Shown one piece after another: positions 1-12,340 of a DNA stretch of 64,000 bases. Numbering within the stretch: the first letter of the stretch is position 1; every line of letters starts with the position of its first letter. The DNA is from Vicugna vicugna (lineage: Eukaryota): contig MU057880.1 of NCBI GenBank assembly GCA_013265495.1, positions 1,022,527-1,086,526 of the forward strand, written 5' to 3'. Below the pieces are notes generated by a model. The model did not search any database, had not been told where the DNA came from, and saw nothing but the letters and a program-made list of their open reading frames with translations. The position numbers and the translations under genes are program-made.

Positions 1-1785
1 TGGTACTGAACTCTTTTGGATTTTGCTTGTCTGTGAAACTTTTGAGCTCTCCTTCAAACGTGGATGAAAGCTTTGCCGGGTACAATAGTCTTGGTTGTAG
101 GTTTTTCCCTTTGATCACTTTCAATATATACTGTGCCACTCCCTTCTGGCCTGTAGAGTTTCTGTTGAAAAATCAGCTGATAGTCTCATGGGAGTTCCCG
201 TGAATGTTACTTTTACTTTTCCCTTGGTGCTTTTAATATTCTCTCCTTATCTTTAGTTTTCTCATTTTAATTACAGTGTGACTCTTTGGGTTGATCCTGT
301 TTGGGACTCTCTGTGCTTCCTGGACCTAGATGTCTTGTTTCCCCCTAACCAGGTTAGGGATGTTTTCAGCTATTATGTCTTCAAATATGTTCTCCACCTC
401 TCCTTCTGGGACCCCTGTAATGCAAATGTTAGTGCACTTGATGTTGTCCCAGAGGTTTCTTAAAATGTCCTCATTTCTTTTCATTCTTTTTTCTTTCTAC
501 TGTTCAGCTTGGGTGATTTCCTTTACCCTGTCTTCCAGTTCACTGGTCCATTCCTCTGTATCATTTAGTCTATTGTTGATTTCTTCTAGTGTGTTTTTCA
601 TTTCAGTTATTGTAGTCTTCAGCTCTGTTTGGTTGTTCTTTATATTTTCTAATTTTTTAAAAACTTCTAATTCTTGCTCTGTGCATCCATTCTCCTCCTG
701 AGTTCTTTGATCATCTTTACAGTCAGTATCCTGATCTCTTTCTCAGGTAGATTGCCTGTCTCCATTTCACTTAGTTCTTCTGGAGTTTTATCTTGTTCCT
801 TCATTTGGAACATGTTCCTCTGTCACCTCGTTTTGCCTCATTTTCTGTTTTTATTTCCATGTACCTGGTAGGTTAGTTATGTTTCCCGACCCTGGAGAAG
901 TGGTCACCAGAGCTGTGTGCTCTAGGGGCTCCCCCTGTGTGGGCTGCGTGGGATCCTGGGTCTAGTGCCTGCCTACTGGTGTGTGGGGCCAGGGTCGTGC
1001 CCAGGGTGGCTGTGGGTGCAGGAAGTCTGAAGGCAGACTCTGCTGGGTGAGGCTGTGTCTCCATACAGTTAGTTGCTTGGCCTGAGACGTCCTAGTCCTG
1101 GAGCCTACAGGGTGATGGGCAGGGGTAGGTCTGGGTCCTGATGCTGATAAACAGAAGGAAGACTCCACAATGGCACTTCCCAGCATCAGTGTCCACATGG
1201 TAGAACAAGCTCCTCAAAACCGCTGCCACCAGCATCTGTGTCCTCAGGGTGAGCTTCAGTTGCCTCCTCCTCTCCTGGAGACTCTCCAAGATGAGCAGGT
1301 GGGTCTGACCCAGGCTCCTTTCAAATTACTGCTTCTGCCCTGGGTCTCGGTGCATGTGAGATTTTGTGTGTGCCCCTTAAGAGTGGAGTGTCTATTTCGC
1401 ACAGCCCTCTGGAACTCCTGAAAGTAAGCCCTGATGGCCTTCAAAGCCAAATGTTCTTGGAGCTTGTCTTCCTGGTACAGGACCCCTGACATGGAGCCCA
1501 ATGTGGGGCTCAGACCCTCACTCTTTTGGGAGAATCTGCAGTTATAATTATTCTCCTGTTTGTGGGTTGCCCACTTGGGGGTGTAGGTCTTGACTGTATT
1601 GTGACTCTGCCCTTCCTACCTGTCTTCTTGTGGTTACTTCTTTCTGTCTTTAGTTGTAGAAGATCTTTTCTGGTAGGTTCTGTTCTTTTTCATTGCTGGT
1701 TGTTTTGCAGATGGTTGTGATTTAGGTGTGCTTGTGGAAGGGGGTGAGCTCAGGGTGTCTCTACTCTGCCATCTTGAGAACTCCT
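1..1785 (-). mobile_element. Old LINE-1, 5'UTR and degenerate ORF1 region; continues beyond the window start
   Basis: T-rich antisense ORF1-type sequence at 1-870, similar to 27730-28030. The minus strand starts with caagatggcagagtag near 1776, a typical L1 5' end. No intact ORF. Confidence 0.85.
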
Positions 1786-2749
1786 TCACAGTTCCATTTG
1801 GACTAAGTCTAACTATTGATCTTGTATTATTAGAGTTATTTATCTTTTCTTAAATTTAACTTAGAACATGGTTTAATTCTGACAACAAAGACATAATAAA
1901 ACTGGGAAAAAAATTTTTCAGTTGTGTTCTCCCTTTCTGTTTTTATTTAACAAACAGAAAGCATCTCAGTTTTTGAGTGACAATAAAAATAGTGTTTTCT
2001 TGTTTAAAACACATCCAAGAACTTAAATAATTTTATATTCCTCAATATTTCAATTCTCACATTCCACTACTTTTGCTTCCTTTAAAAATTAGTTACAAAG
2101 GAAACTGTCAATTGGTACATACAATTGAACCATTTTTAATCAGTAAGTGATTCCATTGTGATTTCTAGTAAATCGTATAGAAAGATTTCCCCTAGGGTCA
2201 CAATTTGATAGGCAGCTTGACACAGGCCAGGTTCACATAATTGTTGTTGCATTGGAAAGGACCTAACCTTTAATTTTTTAAGCAATGATATATGGTAGGA
2301 AAGAAATAAAACAAGCAAAAACCCCAAACTATCAAAGTTGGGGGGGTCCCTTGTATGAATCATACACAGTCTTTCCGTGTCAGTTTCTTTAACAGCGAAA
2401 GGATGGATTTGGACTAGATGACCTCTAATTACGTCATGCCTTGTTATTACCATCATTATATGTTATGGTGGAGCAGATGCTCATTGAGAAAAGAGCAACA
2501 GACTTCACTGTTGTGAGTCTGACTTGCTGTGGAATAAACACATGGAAACACTTCATCAGGTGAAGACAGTTTCATACAAGACTCTAACGATGTTAGCTGT
2601 CATGTTGGTTTTGGACCAGTGCTGCTTGAACTTGGCAATGAATCCTTCTTATAGAAAAAAAATTTCTCAGACTCCCTATGACACATTTTTGGAAACTAAT
2701 AGGAGAAATAAACTGTTCTGGAGTCTAGAAAACTGTATTCTCAATGCGA

Positions 2750-2955
2750 TTGTTAGTATTCCAAGGGGGTGAAAATTGGTTCTTAGGGAGTGAAAAATAA
2801 TCTTACTTTTTTAATGGATAAAGAACAGACATATGTAAATAGAAACATAGTATACACACAGTATTAATATATCACAGAGGGGGACAAATAAATGTCTGAA
2901 AAGGCTTGGGAAGGGGGGCAATATTGGTAAGAAAAAAGGTTAAGAAACACTATTC
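2750..2955. mobile_element. Probable old hAT-Charlie-type DNA transposon fragment
   Basis: Ends in aaaaaggttaagaaacact, resembling MER/Charlie termini. Family not determined. Confidence 0.35.
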
Positions 2956-3869
2956 TAGACTATGCATTCCAGTCGCTTAGTGATTTTTTAATAAATGAAG
3001 GTCAAAGTTTGATTAACTAGTAACCCTCTCTTGAAATGCCTGTTACCAGATGTTCTTTCATTCCTAATATTAGCGAACTGAAAATCCCTTTTTTCTGCTG
3101 ATGAGTCTCAGTTGGCCTAGACCTTCAATTCTCCTTTATATCCAGTTTATATGTTTGTGTTGTATAAAGACAAAATGAAATATTTGAGTTTGATTTAAGG
3201 ATGCTGATGTGCTCTCAGAAAAGTCCCATTCATTCATTCATTCATTCATTTTCTCAACAAATGTGTTGAATGCCTTCCATTTGCATACTGGGAAAAAGGT
3301 AATATCCTTGCCCTTAAGAAGCTTATACTCTGTTTGGATGTCAGATAACATACTTTGTTTTGATTGTCAGAGCTATCTCTAGTTTTTATAAAGAAAGCTC
3401 TTATTATTGGATTATGTGCTTTTAGTGATTAAATTCTAGGATCTACATGTTAGCTGTCACACAAAGCTAACATTTAGCAAGCTAGGCAATGTATACATAA
3501 TACTTTTACCCATTTGTCTCTTTTGTTCACTAGCATTTATATGAAATGTCTCAAAAATTATAGTTTTGAAAAATATTACTTGGATTATTGTCCTCTTTGA
3601 TAATTTAGTACTTACTTACATATGAGTCAACTCGCTCATTTCTGGCATTTCCCTATGATAGTTCCTGCTCAAAAATATGGTACAAGCTGAGTAAAAAAAA
3701 TGATATTTACTCTTACTATATTTTCTGTAAAGCCTAGAGTTCCATTTCTCTATGGAATTGAACAGAGACACTGATGGGAGTCAGTGTTCTGCAGATAAAG
3801 GTGGAAATGGATAACCTGGATCGAGCCCTTCAACCCAAAGCACAAGAAAATGCTATTTTTCAACAAGAA

Positions 3870-4130
3870 ATAAAGTGTAATAGACATAAACCCCTGAGCT
3901 TGAGTCCCGCTTCTCCAAATGCCTGTTGGAAATTTCCCCTGAGTGACCATTAATCACCAAATGAAAAAACATCTAAATTGGAGTTCAAGTGCTCCCCACT
4001 GTCTGTCACCACGTCTCCCCCACCACTTTTACTCAAGATGGAAACCTTGGAGTCATCTTCAGCCTTGCCTTCTCCCTGGCCTTTTGTAGCCAATCCTTCA
4101 TGAAGATCTGAACCAGTTTTTTTCTTTATA
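3870..4130 (-). mobile_element. LINE-2 fragment
   Basis: Degenerate L2-like motifs (ccaaatgcctgttggaaatttcccctgagtg; gaaaccttggagtcatctt). Confidence 0.55.
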
Positions 4131-5680
4131 CCAAGGGCTGTAAGCTCGTGGCCCACAGGCCTGTACACACCTCTCTGTGAATGTCTGTCTGCATGAATTT
4201 ATGTGTCTGTACGTGTTGAGCCAGGACAGTTTTTAAAACTGGAATCAGAATGCCTTTAGGTAGGGCTTACACTCCCACCCTAGTCATCATCATCTCTACT
4301 TCCATTCCTCCAGTCCCCTCCCTCTCTTCCTTTCTTCCACAAAGGCGAATTAAATTGTTGAAGAATGGGTTCAAATCTTACTTGTGGGAAAATGAGAAAT
4401 GCTACTATCAATGTATTCATGGATTTGGATTTTCTAGTAATCTGACACAAGCAATGTGGGTGGTAATGTTTTCTTCTTTGAAAACCAAATGAAATCCTCA
4501 CACATTTTTATACCCAGCCATTCTAGTCAGTGTTTAGATCATGGAAACTCAGTGGTACCTCAGATTTTTGCGGGGGGAGGGGATTATTTTTTTCTAGTAG
4601 GACTAATTACTAAGAAAAAAAGCTGTGGTAAGTTGAGGGTAGGACAGAATGCCGTCTTAGTACAGGTGGGAGTCTCACCTCTGGAAAACAAGTTGTCATG
4701 GCTTAACTTGCCTGCTCTCATCTCGTTACCAAGTTGGGTAAGTCCCCCAGACTCTGCTAATTTGATGGTACCTATGTACAGGAACCAAGCTGAGACTCTT
4801 CCCCACCCCTTGTATGTGTTAAGCACGTGAGTTGCAGTTTTATGTGGTTTGAGTTGAAAAAAGGCAAGTCTTGCCAACATTTGTAGCCTTAAAGATCCCT
4901 CCTACTCTGTCCTCATATATACAAAAGTCAGAGCCATAAGACACTAAAACCTATGGAAGAAAACCAAAAACTCAGCAAAAATTGGACTAAAATGTTTGTC
5001 CTCTGCTAATGTCTTTTGAAAGTTTCAGCCAAATGTCTGTTTGTGTTGCTGAAGTTTGTTAAATTCAAATTAGTATTGGATCCATAAACTGCTTATTATG
5101 AGGATAATTTTCTCTTACATTCATACGTTTGAGTTACTTCAGGGAAAAACCAACATCAAATCTCGGAGTCAAAATGTGATTCAGAAGAGGCAGATTTTAA
5201 ATGTGAAGTTCTGGAATATTTTATCCAACTTGTTTTACTTGCTTCATATTTTTATTTATACATGAGTGTATTACAGTTTATTTCCGATAAAGTCAAAAAC
5301 TTTTCACTTTTGACACTTTTCCAATAAGTGTCAATTCTTGTAACAAGAAAGCTCCATATGATAGTTTGATTGGTAGCCTTTTTTCTTTAGTAGCACATAC
5401 ATTCGATTGCATCTTTTGTTTAGATGAAATATGGTGGTACTAAATACTCTGTAAGATTGTTATGAGGAACTAAACAAGCAAATGTATAGAATAATTTAGA
5501 GTAGGATCTATCTTTTAATAAACGCAAATAAATGTCAGCAATCATTATAGTTGACCAGGGAACAATGATACCATCTTTGAATGACAGTGCATTGGTAACA
5601 ATGACAATTAAGCCTTAGTTACAACACATTTTACAGGTGCTGTTCTGGCAGTCAGGGTGAAGCCATTCTTTTCTACTTAC

Positions 5681-5786
5681 ATCAAAGTCACGTTCGAAGA
5701 AACTGATGGAACAGCTCGTAAATTGGTCTCATCACAGTTAAGCTCTAAACCTCGGCAAAGACATTGCCCGGGCACAGAACCGACCA
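5681..5786 (-). CDS. RXFP1: RXFP1 exon 4, N-terminal cap of the LRR domain
   Basis: tcctctttattcag|TGGTCGGTTCT...ACTTTGAT|gtaagt, 106 nt, phase 1-2. Encodes (L)VGSVPGQCLCRGLELNCDETNLRAVPSVSSNVTL(M). Confidence 0.97.
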
Positions 5787-8700
5787 CTGAATAAAGAGGA
5801 CGTAGTGAGGAATGGGGATACCGAGGGACCAGGAACAGGAAGGTAATGAAAAGAAAGAAACGAAAAGCTATGAGAAAATTATATACAAAAGTGGGTCACG
5901 TAATGTAAGCCATTTAATGTAAGCCATTTGCGCAAAGCTTTAAATTAAGGTTCCAGGGTTTTGCTTTTAATTTAACATTAAAATGATGCTAGAACTCTGA
6001 GATAAGGAAACATACACAGTTACCAGTTCATGCATTTTTTTTTTAATAGCTACCTGCTCTTCTCCAGTTGGTGCAAAATAATGAATGACGTCATCCTTTC
6101 TGACTTGTCCTCAGAGAGTAGCTGTGCCCAAGGTGACATGACAGTGTGTGATGGGCTTTGTTGTTCATGTTAAAGCTGCTGCTTAAGAATAAATACTTAA
6201 GAACAGCTTTAATGGAGGACTAAGCCATTTTTAATTAGCAAGAAAGGGAACTAAACTCTGAACTCATAGTGCTGGTAGAATTTTTTTTTTTGGAAAACTC
6301 AGGAGTTCTTTAAAAGATTTTTAGTGATCTGCTTTGGCTTCTGCAGGGATGTAGAGATGTCCACAGCTTCACTTATGGAAGCAAATACTTTTTATGCTGA
6401 GCCCTTCTGTTCTCGCTGGTGGGTGTTGGAAAAAGAGGGACATTAGGACGCATGCTTTGGCAGTCTCGTGGGGCTATCATGATAGTCTTAAAAGATGTGA
6501 TCTGATATTTCTAAAGTCTGTTAGAGACTTGCAGCGGTGTGTTCATACAGCTAAACAGTGAGGTGGGATTATTATTCAGTGTGATGGACCGTCTGATTCC
6601 TGACTTGACGGGACTGGACCTTTACTGCAAGCGATGAGGTGTACCTTCCTTCTGCTTTTACCTGCAAGCCCTGCGCTTCACGCAGGGGCTACAGACTCGG
6701 ATGTCTACAGGGGCAGGCAAAGCAGGCGTCAGCTGTGTCCAGATGACCCGTGGAACAGCTTCTCCTGACCATGGCCATGTGTGGCCAAGTCAACCAACAT
6801 CCTCAAAGCAGCCAGAAAGACAATGCTTTTTATGTAATTACCTACTTAAAAATAAGAATAGCTAACTAAAGCATTGTCACTGCCAAGAAGAGATTCCGGT
6901 GACAAAGCTGGTGGGTGGTGGTAGTGAGCACCTTGGCACCAGCTTTGGACACAGTGACGTGACCCTTTGCTCAGATCTGAGGCCACAGATGTTTTTCCTC
7001 TCCTCCGAAATAACTCTGCAGACTCCTTACGGGACCATGAGAGCGCAAGAACACAACCCGGGTTTTCTGTGTTTTGTAAACAGAGGCTCTGCCAAGAACT
7101 TTTAAACAGTTTTATGGTTGTAAGTGACCATTTTGGCAAGGATCGCTGAAAGCTATTCTGTCTCTCTTGGTGAAGTCATGTGCTGATGTGACTGTTGTGG
7201 GGAAGAAAAGGGGAGGGTTGGCAAGGAAGATGAAGGTCCTGCGAGGGACAGTAAGAGGGCAGTGAAGTCAACATTAATTCCGGTGTGTTCTTCTATAGAC
7301 TGAGTTGAGATAACCCATACATGTGGATTATGGGGTTACTTGTGACGGGGAAAAATGAACAAGATAACACCTACATACCCAACAACAAAACAAGGATGAA
7401 GCAAATTATGCCCCTTAAAATATGTATGGTATTTTGAAAGGTTTGTAATAATATGGATACCTGATTATGCCAAAATGCTAACTGAAAATATGATAAAAAT
7501 GGATGACACAGAAAATTGCAACTGTGTTGAAATTTTAAAAAAGATGATGAATGCACCAGTAAGTTAATGCTGGTAGCTTTTAAGAGGTGAAATTACAGCT
7601 GAGTAAAGAATTCTTGACAAGTCTCTGTGCTTTCCAAACTCCTCACATTTAGAGTGTATTAATGTATTCGTTAATGATGGATATGTTTTCCATGATAACT
7701 GTTCTTGGGAAGTGACTTTATAAATGTGAATTCCTTTCATTCTTTCATTCAGTCAAAAGTTACTGGAAGCCATTCTCACTTTAATTTCCAATAAGTCCTT
7801 ATGATAATCTGATTTAAATAAAGTGATACAATAGGAACCTTAATTTAAGTTTCACTCTCCCAATTTCACACTAGTCTTTCCATTTTTACACTGCTTTTAA
7901 GTTTGAAAACAGACATTTAATTATTCATTACCACCCCCCCAATCTGTCTTGAAAGAACTGTAATTAGAATTAGATATTTGTTCGTTACAAAAAATTGTTT
8001 AAAAAAATTGCGCTTGTATTTTTTGAACCATCATTTTTGGTGCTACTGTATTCTGACGTACGTATACTTAGGACACACTTCTCCCAGAGTTCAGGATCGG
8101 GCAAAAATTTATTTCTCTTGCTCACTTGATCTATTTCCCCCCCTTTTGTTTGTTTTTGCTTTGCAAACCGGACTATGAAAGCTATGTAACCCATTATTTT
8201 CCCTCTTTGACCTCATTCCTCATTACTCTTCCCTTTCACCATGGAATTTTTGTCTTTTACATCACGTTACTAGTTTAAGCCTGTTAGTAGCCATATTTTT
8301 ATCGTAAACTGCCTAACAGCCTTTTGGGAATAGGTGAAATATAAAAATATTTTATTGAATTTTAAGAAATGAAAAGGATATACAAAAAATAAGAGAGAAA
8401 ATGAAAACTACATTTTGAGATAAAATGGTTTAGTCCCTTAGTTTTTTGCATTATATTAGTAGTTAAATTATACCCGGTAACTTTTTCCTTTCTCAAAAGC
8501 TCTTAGCTTTTTAATGATCAAGTAATTTGTTCTTCAGATTTTGACAATAAGACAGCGTGAGGTTGAGACAGATCACTGAGTAATCTGAGAGACTCGCAAG
8601 AGGGACATATACCCCCTTAAGTTCGGGAGTGCTCCACTTTTTATTAGTCTCATTTGAGTAGAGAGGACAAAAGCTAATAAGTGTTTTTAAAAAGCTATAC

Positions 8701-9368
8701 TTAACAATTTGTGGTGGAACATAAAGGGAAAAATATAGTAAAGGATTCTTTCCCCCAACCCCCACTAGTGTTAAAATTACAACTTCAAGACACGCACTTA
8801 CATTTGAATATTTTATTAAAATGGACAAAATTTATTTAAGAGGAGTAATTTATATAAATCTTCCTGATCTAAAATATTATACTCTCCCACTTCCCCCCAG
8901 GGTTTTTGTAAATTTTTGGTATATGTCTAAACATAGTAGGTTACAATTAAGAAGGCTTTTTGGTAGCTCTGAAGTACGGTTTAGACCCCAGAAGCTTTTT
9001 CACTTACAAACATTAAAATCCAAGCAGCTTCTCTGATCTTCTATTTTCAGTTTTCTTTATATCAGAGTTTCTTTTAAATCAGTGTTTCTAGTGATTGTGA
9101 AAAAGGCCCTGCAAAATAACAATGCTGACTGCTGACATTAATTGTTTTCACAACAATACCTGGCATGATTTATTACTTTTATAATTATGATCCCTGAATG
9201 ATTTTTAAATAAAATTCTCAAATTGAGGCTGCATTTCTAATAGAAAATTATAATTTTGCAAATAGAAAACTATAATTAATTTTTTTTAATGTTGGATCTA
9301 ACTTTGAAGAACATGGTGTCTTACAATGAACTCAGAGGCAAGGACTCTCAGCCCCTCTGGTTACTTAC

Positions 9369-9473
9369 GGCATTCAGATGTTCTTGCCTCAAAGGGGTAC
9401 GGGGATGTCGTAATAATTTTGTAGTAATTGGCAAAATATTTGTCAAGTTGCACAGACCATCCATTGTTGTCTC
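9369..9473 (-). CDS. RXFP1: RXFP1 exon 3, LDLa-LRR linker
   Basis: attttag|GAGACAACAATGGATGG...GAATGCC|gtaagt, 105 nt, phase 1-1. Encodes (G)DNNGWSVQLDKYFANYYKIITTSPYPFEARTSEC(L), including the GDxxGW motif. Confidence 0.96.
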
Positions 9474-9937
9474 CTAAAATAAAATCAGAGAGCAGAAAAG
9501 TTGAAGAAAACAGAAATATTCTGGGGTGTTGGGGAAAATAGGTCCCCCTTAAAATAGGTGATGGGCCAACTTAGAGAGGGAAACATCACCTGGGGGCTTG
9601 TCAACACTGTGAGTTGCTGGCCCCCACCTGGAGTTGCTGATTTCATAGATCTGAGATGGAGCTCCTCGTCTCCATTTTTAACAGGCACTGTAGGGGATTC
9701 TTCAGCAAGTGTTCCAACCAGATTTCAACAAACAGCACTTTAGATGTAGCGAGACCCAGCACACTGTTCTTAGCCTATTAATTATGGTTAATTGTCTTCA
9801 ATTGTTTAACCTGATATTGGAGATGTATTAACGTGGATAGATAAATGGCCATGATTGTTAAATAGGAAAAGAAAAAAAAATAACATGACTGGCACCATCT
9901 CATTCTTCTTTTCTTTTTTTCAAAGGCATGGTGGTAT

Positions 9938-10481
9938 TGCTAGGTAATTAGATAAGTGGGGGCACTGGGCAGACAGGTGGAGGAGAGAGAGAATGGTCCA
10001 GACGATGGCATGGTGCCCACCTCCAGCATAAGGGGACTTTACTTCGTCTAAACGAGTGCCAGCAAGAAACTGGTTAGAACCCGACAGCTGTGACTGCGCG
10101 GCAGTGACAAGGACCTAACCGGACATGACCAAATGCTCATTGTATTATAATTAACATTGCAGTTGAGCCCCACCATGGGTTTCTCTGTGTGCTTTGTGGA
10201 TAAGGACATGCGCAAAACGGGACAAACATGACTAAGCACTCCAGGGGCAAGAGCTGTCAATCAATCAAAAGACCACCTCTGAGCAAGGGTGTAAGGGAAA
10301 GGGGACCAGACAGACTGCCTCTTTTCCTCCCTTGGATGAGCCTGCCTCCTGTTCTTGGAGGTGCACCTTTCCTTTTCCTAAATAAATCCTTTGCTACACA
10401 ATGCACTCTGTCTTCTGTCTGTAGTCTTGTCTTTTAGGTGAGACAATGACTGGGGTCTTTTCTTCACCTTTTGGGGTAACA
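9938..10481 (+). mobile_element. Solo ERV LTR (class I-like)
   Basis: TG...CA termini (tgcta...taaca), perfect 4-bp target-site duplication gtat (9934-9937 / 10482-10485), AATAAA at 10381. 544 bp. Confidence 0.85.
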
Positions 10482-11819
10482 GTATCACAGATCGCATTGA
10501 GTGTTTATCCTCTGAGCCCTTACGGATTTTCTCATCTATATTTTCTGATTTTGATATTAAACTCTTGTATAATTTTTTTTAAATAAAATCAAACAAATAA
10601 TAGTGAAAGTCTTCACTGAGTTGGGGGAGAAAAGAAATTTTTTCCTTACAAAATTCCTCATGACCTTTTAGTGATTTTTAAACATGAGACCATGAAGCCA
10701 TTCATGTGGTGGAGTGGACAGTGAATGGGGAGGCAGGACCAACTTCCCTGTATCATCTGCAGATGGCACAAGCCTTCATCCCCCTGGGGGGGGGGGCGAG
10801 TTTGAACATGACCCTTTCCAAAGGTTCCAAAATTTTTTCAGATTGCTGCTAAGACTCTTTAAGGATGCATAAATATATAAACAGATTATAGAAATGATAA
10901 AAGTTTATCCTTCTTCCATAACAGTATTAAATCTAGCATTGATTTTATGAGTTGTTTCTGCACATATGTATAATTCAAGCCTGAGACTGAGACCAGGTAT
11001 GAAAATTTTGTTCAGTTTGCTTGGATTTGGTGAACTTGACTTAATCATATCCATGGTTTTAATTCTTATCAAAGGACTTCAAAATTATGTTTTTAGCCTG
11101 CACTGTATCTACTGTGTAACATGGGATCAGTTCACGTGTTGCGTTGGTTGGGGCAGCTGGGCCAGTGATGGTGCGGGCAGCCGTCAGTCTCTGGATGGGA
11201 ACCCTGGTGCTGAGTTCCTGGGTCCCCTGGCACCAGTGGCTGCGGCCCACCCCTCCAGCCCCTCTGAGAATTTTCTAAGTATCTAGTTTCTGTTTAACAG
11301 ACCTAGAGTGAGTTCTCTTTCTTGCATTAAACCCTGATAGATATAGAGACTGACTGAATTGTTGAATTAAAATGTTGTTTAAGTGTGACTGGATTTTTAG
11401 TTAGTTTTCAGAGCCCAGGTGGAGTCTCATGATTTAGAACAAGGCAGTGTATTTTTTTTCCTGAACCCACGAGCGTGAGTGTAATTTAGTTCCGTGGTCT
11501 CACTGCGGTAACATGGGTGATGCTTTCCTGAATGTTCCCCCATTTCGAAGTGGATTCTGGGAGTGGGGTCCATGTAGACCGCTCAGCTCTCCTGGGCTCC
11601 AGAAACACCTCTTTGTTTCCTCGGTTGTCAAGTTTGAAGTTTACAGCATTTGGATTGTCCCCTTTTCCTGGGTTGGCTGAGTTTGTTGACTTTCAGGCAA
11701 GTTTTTACTTTTAAAAACTTAGTTCATTATCTTTAGATACAAGAAAGGAAAATTCTAGGAGAGACTTAAATTCCCCCGTTTTAATGGAGAATTTGAATAT
11801 TAGCACTTAGCGCTGAAAG

Positions 11820-11960
11820 GACTAATATTCAGCAAGTACCTGTGTTATTACTTTATTTTATCCTCATAGTAACTCTATTTGGTCATTATTGTCAACTCTA
11901 CTTACAGGTTGGAAAACCCGATTCTGAGACATTTAAGTGATTTGACTAAGAATCAGAATT
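11820..11960 (-). mobile_element. MIR SINE fragment
   Basis: tttatcctcatagtaactctat...acaggttggaaaacccgattctgagacatttaagtgatttgactaag matches the MIR core. Confidence 0.6.
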
Positions 11961-12095
11961 ATTAAAAATACCTGAAAATTAAAATAAAATTATTTAAATC
12001 TTTTATAGGCCCCAAAGATTATTTAATCAGTTTATATTCTGCCTATACAATTCCAACTTTTATGTGACACTGCCTTTAAATATTTAGCTGTTACT

Positions 12096-12340
12096 GGGAG
12101 GGATAAATTAGGAGTTTGGGATTAACATATACACACTACTGTATATAAATATATAAACAACAAGGACCTAATGTATAGTATAGGAAACTATATTCAATAT
12201 CTTATTCTCTAACGGAAAAGAATCTGAAAAAGAAAAAAAAGAATCTGAAAAAATATATATATACACGTATAACTGAATCACTATGCTGTATACCAGAAAC
12301 TAACACAACACTGTAAAGCAACTATACTTCAATTAAAAAA
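12096..12340 (+). mobile_element. Older LINE-1 3'UTR fragment hosting the young L1 in its A-tail
   Basis: Similar to the other L1 3' ends in the window (e.g. 38780-38990). Degenerate 18-bp TSD aaatatttagctgttact (12078-12095) / aaacatttagttattact (15986-16003) encloses both elements. Confidence 0.88.

Noticed and set aside
1790..5680. RXFP1 exon 5 (SLQWNLIRKLPPD-like, about 72 nt)
   Set aside because: No matching sequence found by eye. It probably lies before position 1.
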